Source: Raja brachyura (lineage: Eukaryota). Taken from it: DNA of 64,000 nt. The stretch is from positions 21,142,001 to 21,206,000 of the forward strand of contig OY740793.1 of NCBI GenBank assembly GCA_963514005.1, written 5' to 3'. The position numbers were made by a program, and so were the translations under genes. Shown here piece after piece: positions 61,572 to 64,000 of the stretch. The notes beneath the pieces were generated by a model that worked only from the letters and a program-made list of their open reading frames with translations, ran no database searches and was not told where the DNA came from. Each line of letters opens with the position of its first letter. The stretch's first letter is position 1.

Positions 61572-63060
61572 GTAATTAAGAAAAATGTGCTTATGAGGAA
61601 TGGCAATGCACCAATTGATTGGAAATGTGGTTAACTGAAAGTTCACCTTTTGGCAAGCATGGACAGTATGGGCCAAATGGCCCCCTTCTACTTGACAGAT
61701 TCTTATCATAGGATACCACATGTTTTCAGTCTTTTAATTATTGCACAAAATTGTTTGCATTAATAAGCTTGTAAGTCTAGGCATCTTAACCTTGATTGTA
61801 GTAAGGTGGTGGGGATTGTATGGAATGAAGATATGATGGCAACAATTCTATTCTTGGTAATTTGGGTCAGGACCTTTAAACTCCTCAGGCTAGTCAGCAA
61901 AGTTCTGTTCAAATAAGAGGAAGGTGGCGGCAGGACTGCAGGTTGAAACAGTTCATCACACAAAATGGGGGTGGCCATGAGTGAATAAAATGAATGGCCT
62001 TACAGACCCATATAAATCATTGGGAAGACTTTTAGAAAGATCTTATTATTGTAGAATGGGGAATACATGGTGTAAGGTAGGGCCTAAACTTTCCCAAGGG
62101 TAAATCGGTGCTGACTTTAAAGTTGGATTTGAATATTTAACATAAGACTCAAATGTTTCCAGCTGGTGTGTTTCCCACCTGTTGCAATTTTTTTCTGCGC
62201 AAAAATACAATCACATTATTACACAAAATCAATCTTTAGACATGATTTAGAAACAGTGAGCAACATTTTTAGTTAGGTTTGCATTTAAGAGGTTTATTGT
62301 CATGCATCGTTTGACTTTTAACTCATTCAAGGTCAATTTCTTGGTCATACCCTTGGCTGACGTGGTATACATCTGCTACACACAAAAGCAGCATGGATGA
62401 TTCCTGCTTCATTCTAACCCAAATTCCTGGATACAATGCAGGTTTGAAGCTGCTGTTTCATCAGACAGCATTCAGTGCCTTTCATATCCAACAGCTCTAA
62501 TTCTAACTTAAGAGAGAAATGTTAGCAATCTGATGGAGTTATAGATTGAAAGCTACCTCACAGCATGCCCTCCAAATGTAGACACGCAATGGTCATAAAA
62601 AGGACGAAAATTAGTTTAATTCATTTAACTTGTATTTTCCACTTTCCCAGCAACATTTCTTTTCTCACACATCACATGAAGAATTGAAGGAAAACCATTC
62701 TTATTTAGTGCTGAGATGTTGGCAATTTTGCTGAAGAGTGCAGTGTGTTGCAAACACCATACTCTATACCTTACAACACTATATGCAATGTCCAATGTCC
62801 ATGCTACTATCAGCCACATACATTGGCAAATTCAATGAAACAAAACTCCATTAAGCAGGAATATACACCAATGACAAATAACCACAACCAACCTCTTATA
62901 TATCAAGATGCCATCTTGTGAAATCCAATGTCCTAAAGTGCAATTTATCCACTGCAAAGGTCTGCACATTCTGGAACTCAATGTCTTCAATTGATTATGA
63001 ATTGTAATTGATTAAGAAGGTGAATGCATTTATTAGTTCATCCTGTAATTTGTTTTTCAG

Positions 63061-63198
63061 TTTTTCGTCTTCTGCCATGGAATGTTGCGTCTGTCCATGC
63101 TGCTTATCTCCATTTTCCTCCGAGCCAGCATTTCCAACATTGAAAAACAATTTGGTTTCTCCAGCAAGATGTCAGGGACCCTAGCAGTAGTACATGAG
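63061..63198 (+). CDS. SLCO2B1-like: SLCO2 (OATP2B1/2A1-like) transporter, 138-nt TM1-TM2 exon
   Basis: Acceptor TGTTTTTCAG| and donor GAG|GTAAGA. Translation FFVFCHGMLRLSMLLISIFLRASISNIEKQFGFSSKMSGTLAVVHE aligns without gaps to the recalled SLCO2B1 exon [46 protein letters not shown]. Missed by the ORF track. Confidence 0.88.
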
Positions 63199-63689
63199 GT
63201 AAGAAGCACAGCGGTCTTTCAGAGATTACATAGTGAATTATGTTACCATTAATAACATTATCAATTATAGTTTATAAAAATGGTCAGATCATAATGCATG
63301 TTGATATATGAAAGATGAGAATTGGTTATTATTGGTAGAGTGGGCCAGTAACTGATTCAAGGCATTGGGCAAAAGAACCACAGGCTATGTGGGCGACACT
63401 GCACACTAATATATAGCACTTATCCACAGAGGTGGCCGTATGTGCCCAGTGACAACAATTGATGCATAATATATATTTAGCATAATTGTTGTGAAGAATG
63501 CAGGGGCTCAAACATTACATCTAAACTGGAGTATCTTAACAATTATCTTAACTATTTAAAAGGCCATTCTTACTTACCCTAAAGTCTTTGAATTGCCTAA
63601 AGAGATGATACCTTTAATCAAACAGGATATTCTCAGTATAATTCATCTTACAGGTTAAATATTTCTTCATTTCTATTTCTTTTGGAGTT

Positions 63690-64000
63690 TAGAAGAATGC
63701 CTACGGGGGCTTGACAGGGTCAATGTCGAGATATGGGAGTCACAAACATAGTTTAAAATAAGGAGCCGTTTATTTAAAACTAATACGGGTTGATTTTTTT
63801 TTCTCACCACAGTAAAGCTCTGTAATCCCCTACCCGCAAGGGTGCTCGAGGCCAGATAATTAGTATTTTCAAAGTGGAGGTAGATCAATACTTGAAAGAG
63901 TTATGGGGAAATGGCAGAAAAGTAAACTTGAGGACAGGCTAGATCAGCCATAGTCAATATTGAATGGTGGGGAATGCTTATGGAGCCTAGCGGCCAATGC
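63690..64000 (+). mobile_element. CR1-like 3' fragment in SLCO intron
   Basis: GGGGCTTGACAGGGT..ATGGGAGTC..GATCAGCCAT..GAATGGTGG pattern. Confidence 0.7.

Overview
Repeat-rich vertebrate genomic DNA, most likely from a cartilaginous fish (skate/ray); this is inferred from HE1/V-SINE-like SINEs and the CR1 and Penelope families. Host genes: an intact P2Y4-type nucleotide GPCR with a single coding exon (28714-29856, -), two coding exons of an SLCO2 (OATP2B1/2A1-like) transporter that runs off the right edge (61507-61571 and 63061-63198, +), and possibly the start of a second P2Y-like exon running off the left edge. The rest is mostly mobile DNA. It includes a degenerate DIRS tyrosine-recombinase retrotransposon (~8333-13167) carrying the 5' ~86 nt of U2 snRNA, many CR1 and Rex/Babar-like LINE fragments, and Penelope GIY-YIG/pLTR fragments with fold-back mini-insertions. 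It also holds four PIF/Harbinger-type MITEs, one hAT-type MITE, VNTR-bearing non-autonomous retroposons and an old 3-4 kb tandem duplication. The most striking signal is a ~140-bp TSD-flanked retroposon present twice (3538-3677 -, 6851-6987 +) whose first 53 nt fold into a minimal HDV-like self-cleaving ribozyme, with the element's 5' end exactly at the predicted cleavage site. All alignments were done by eye; reference sequences are recalled, not searched.
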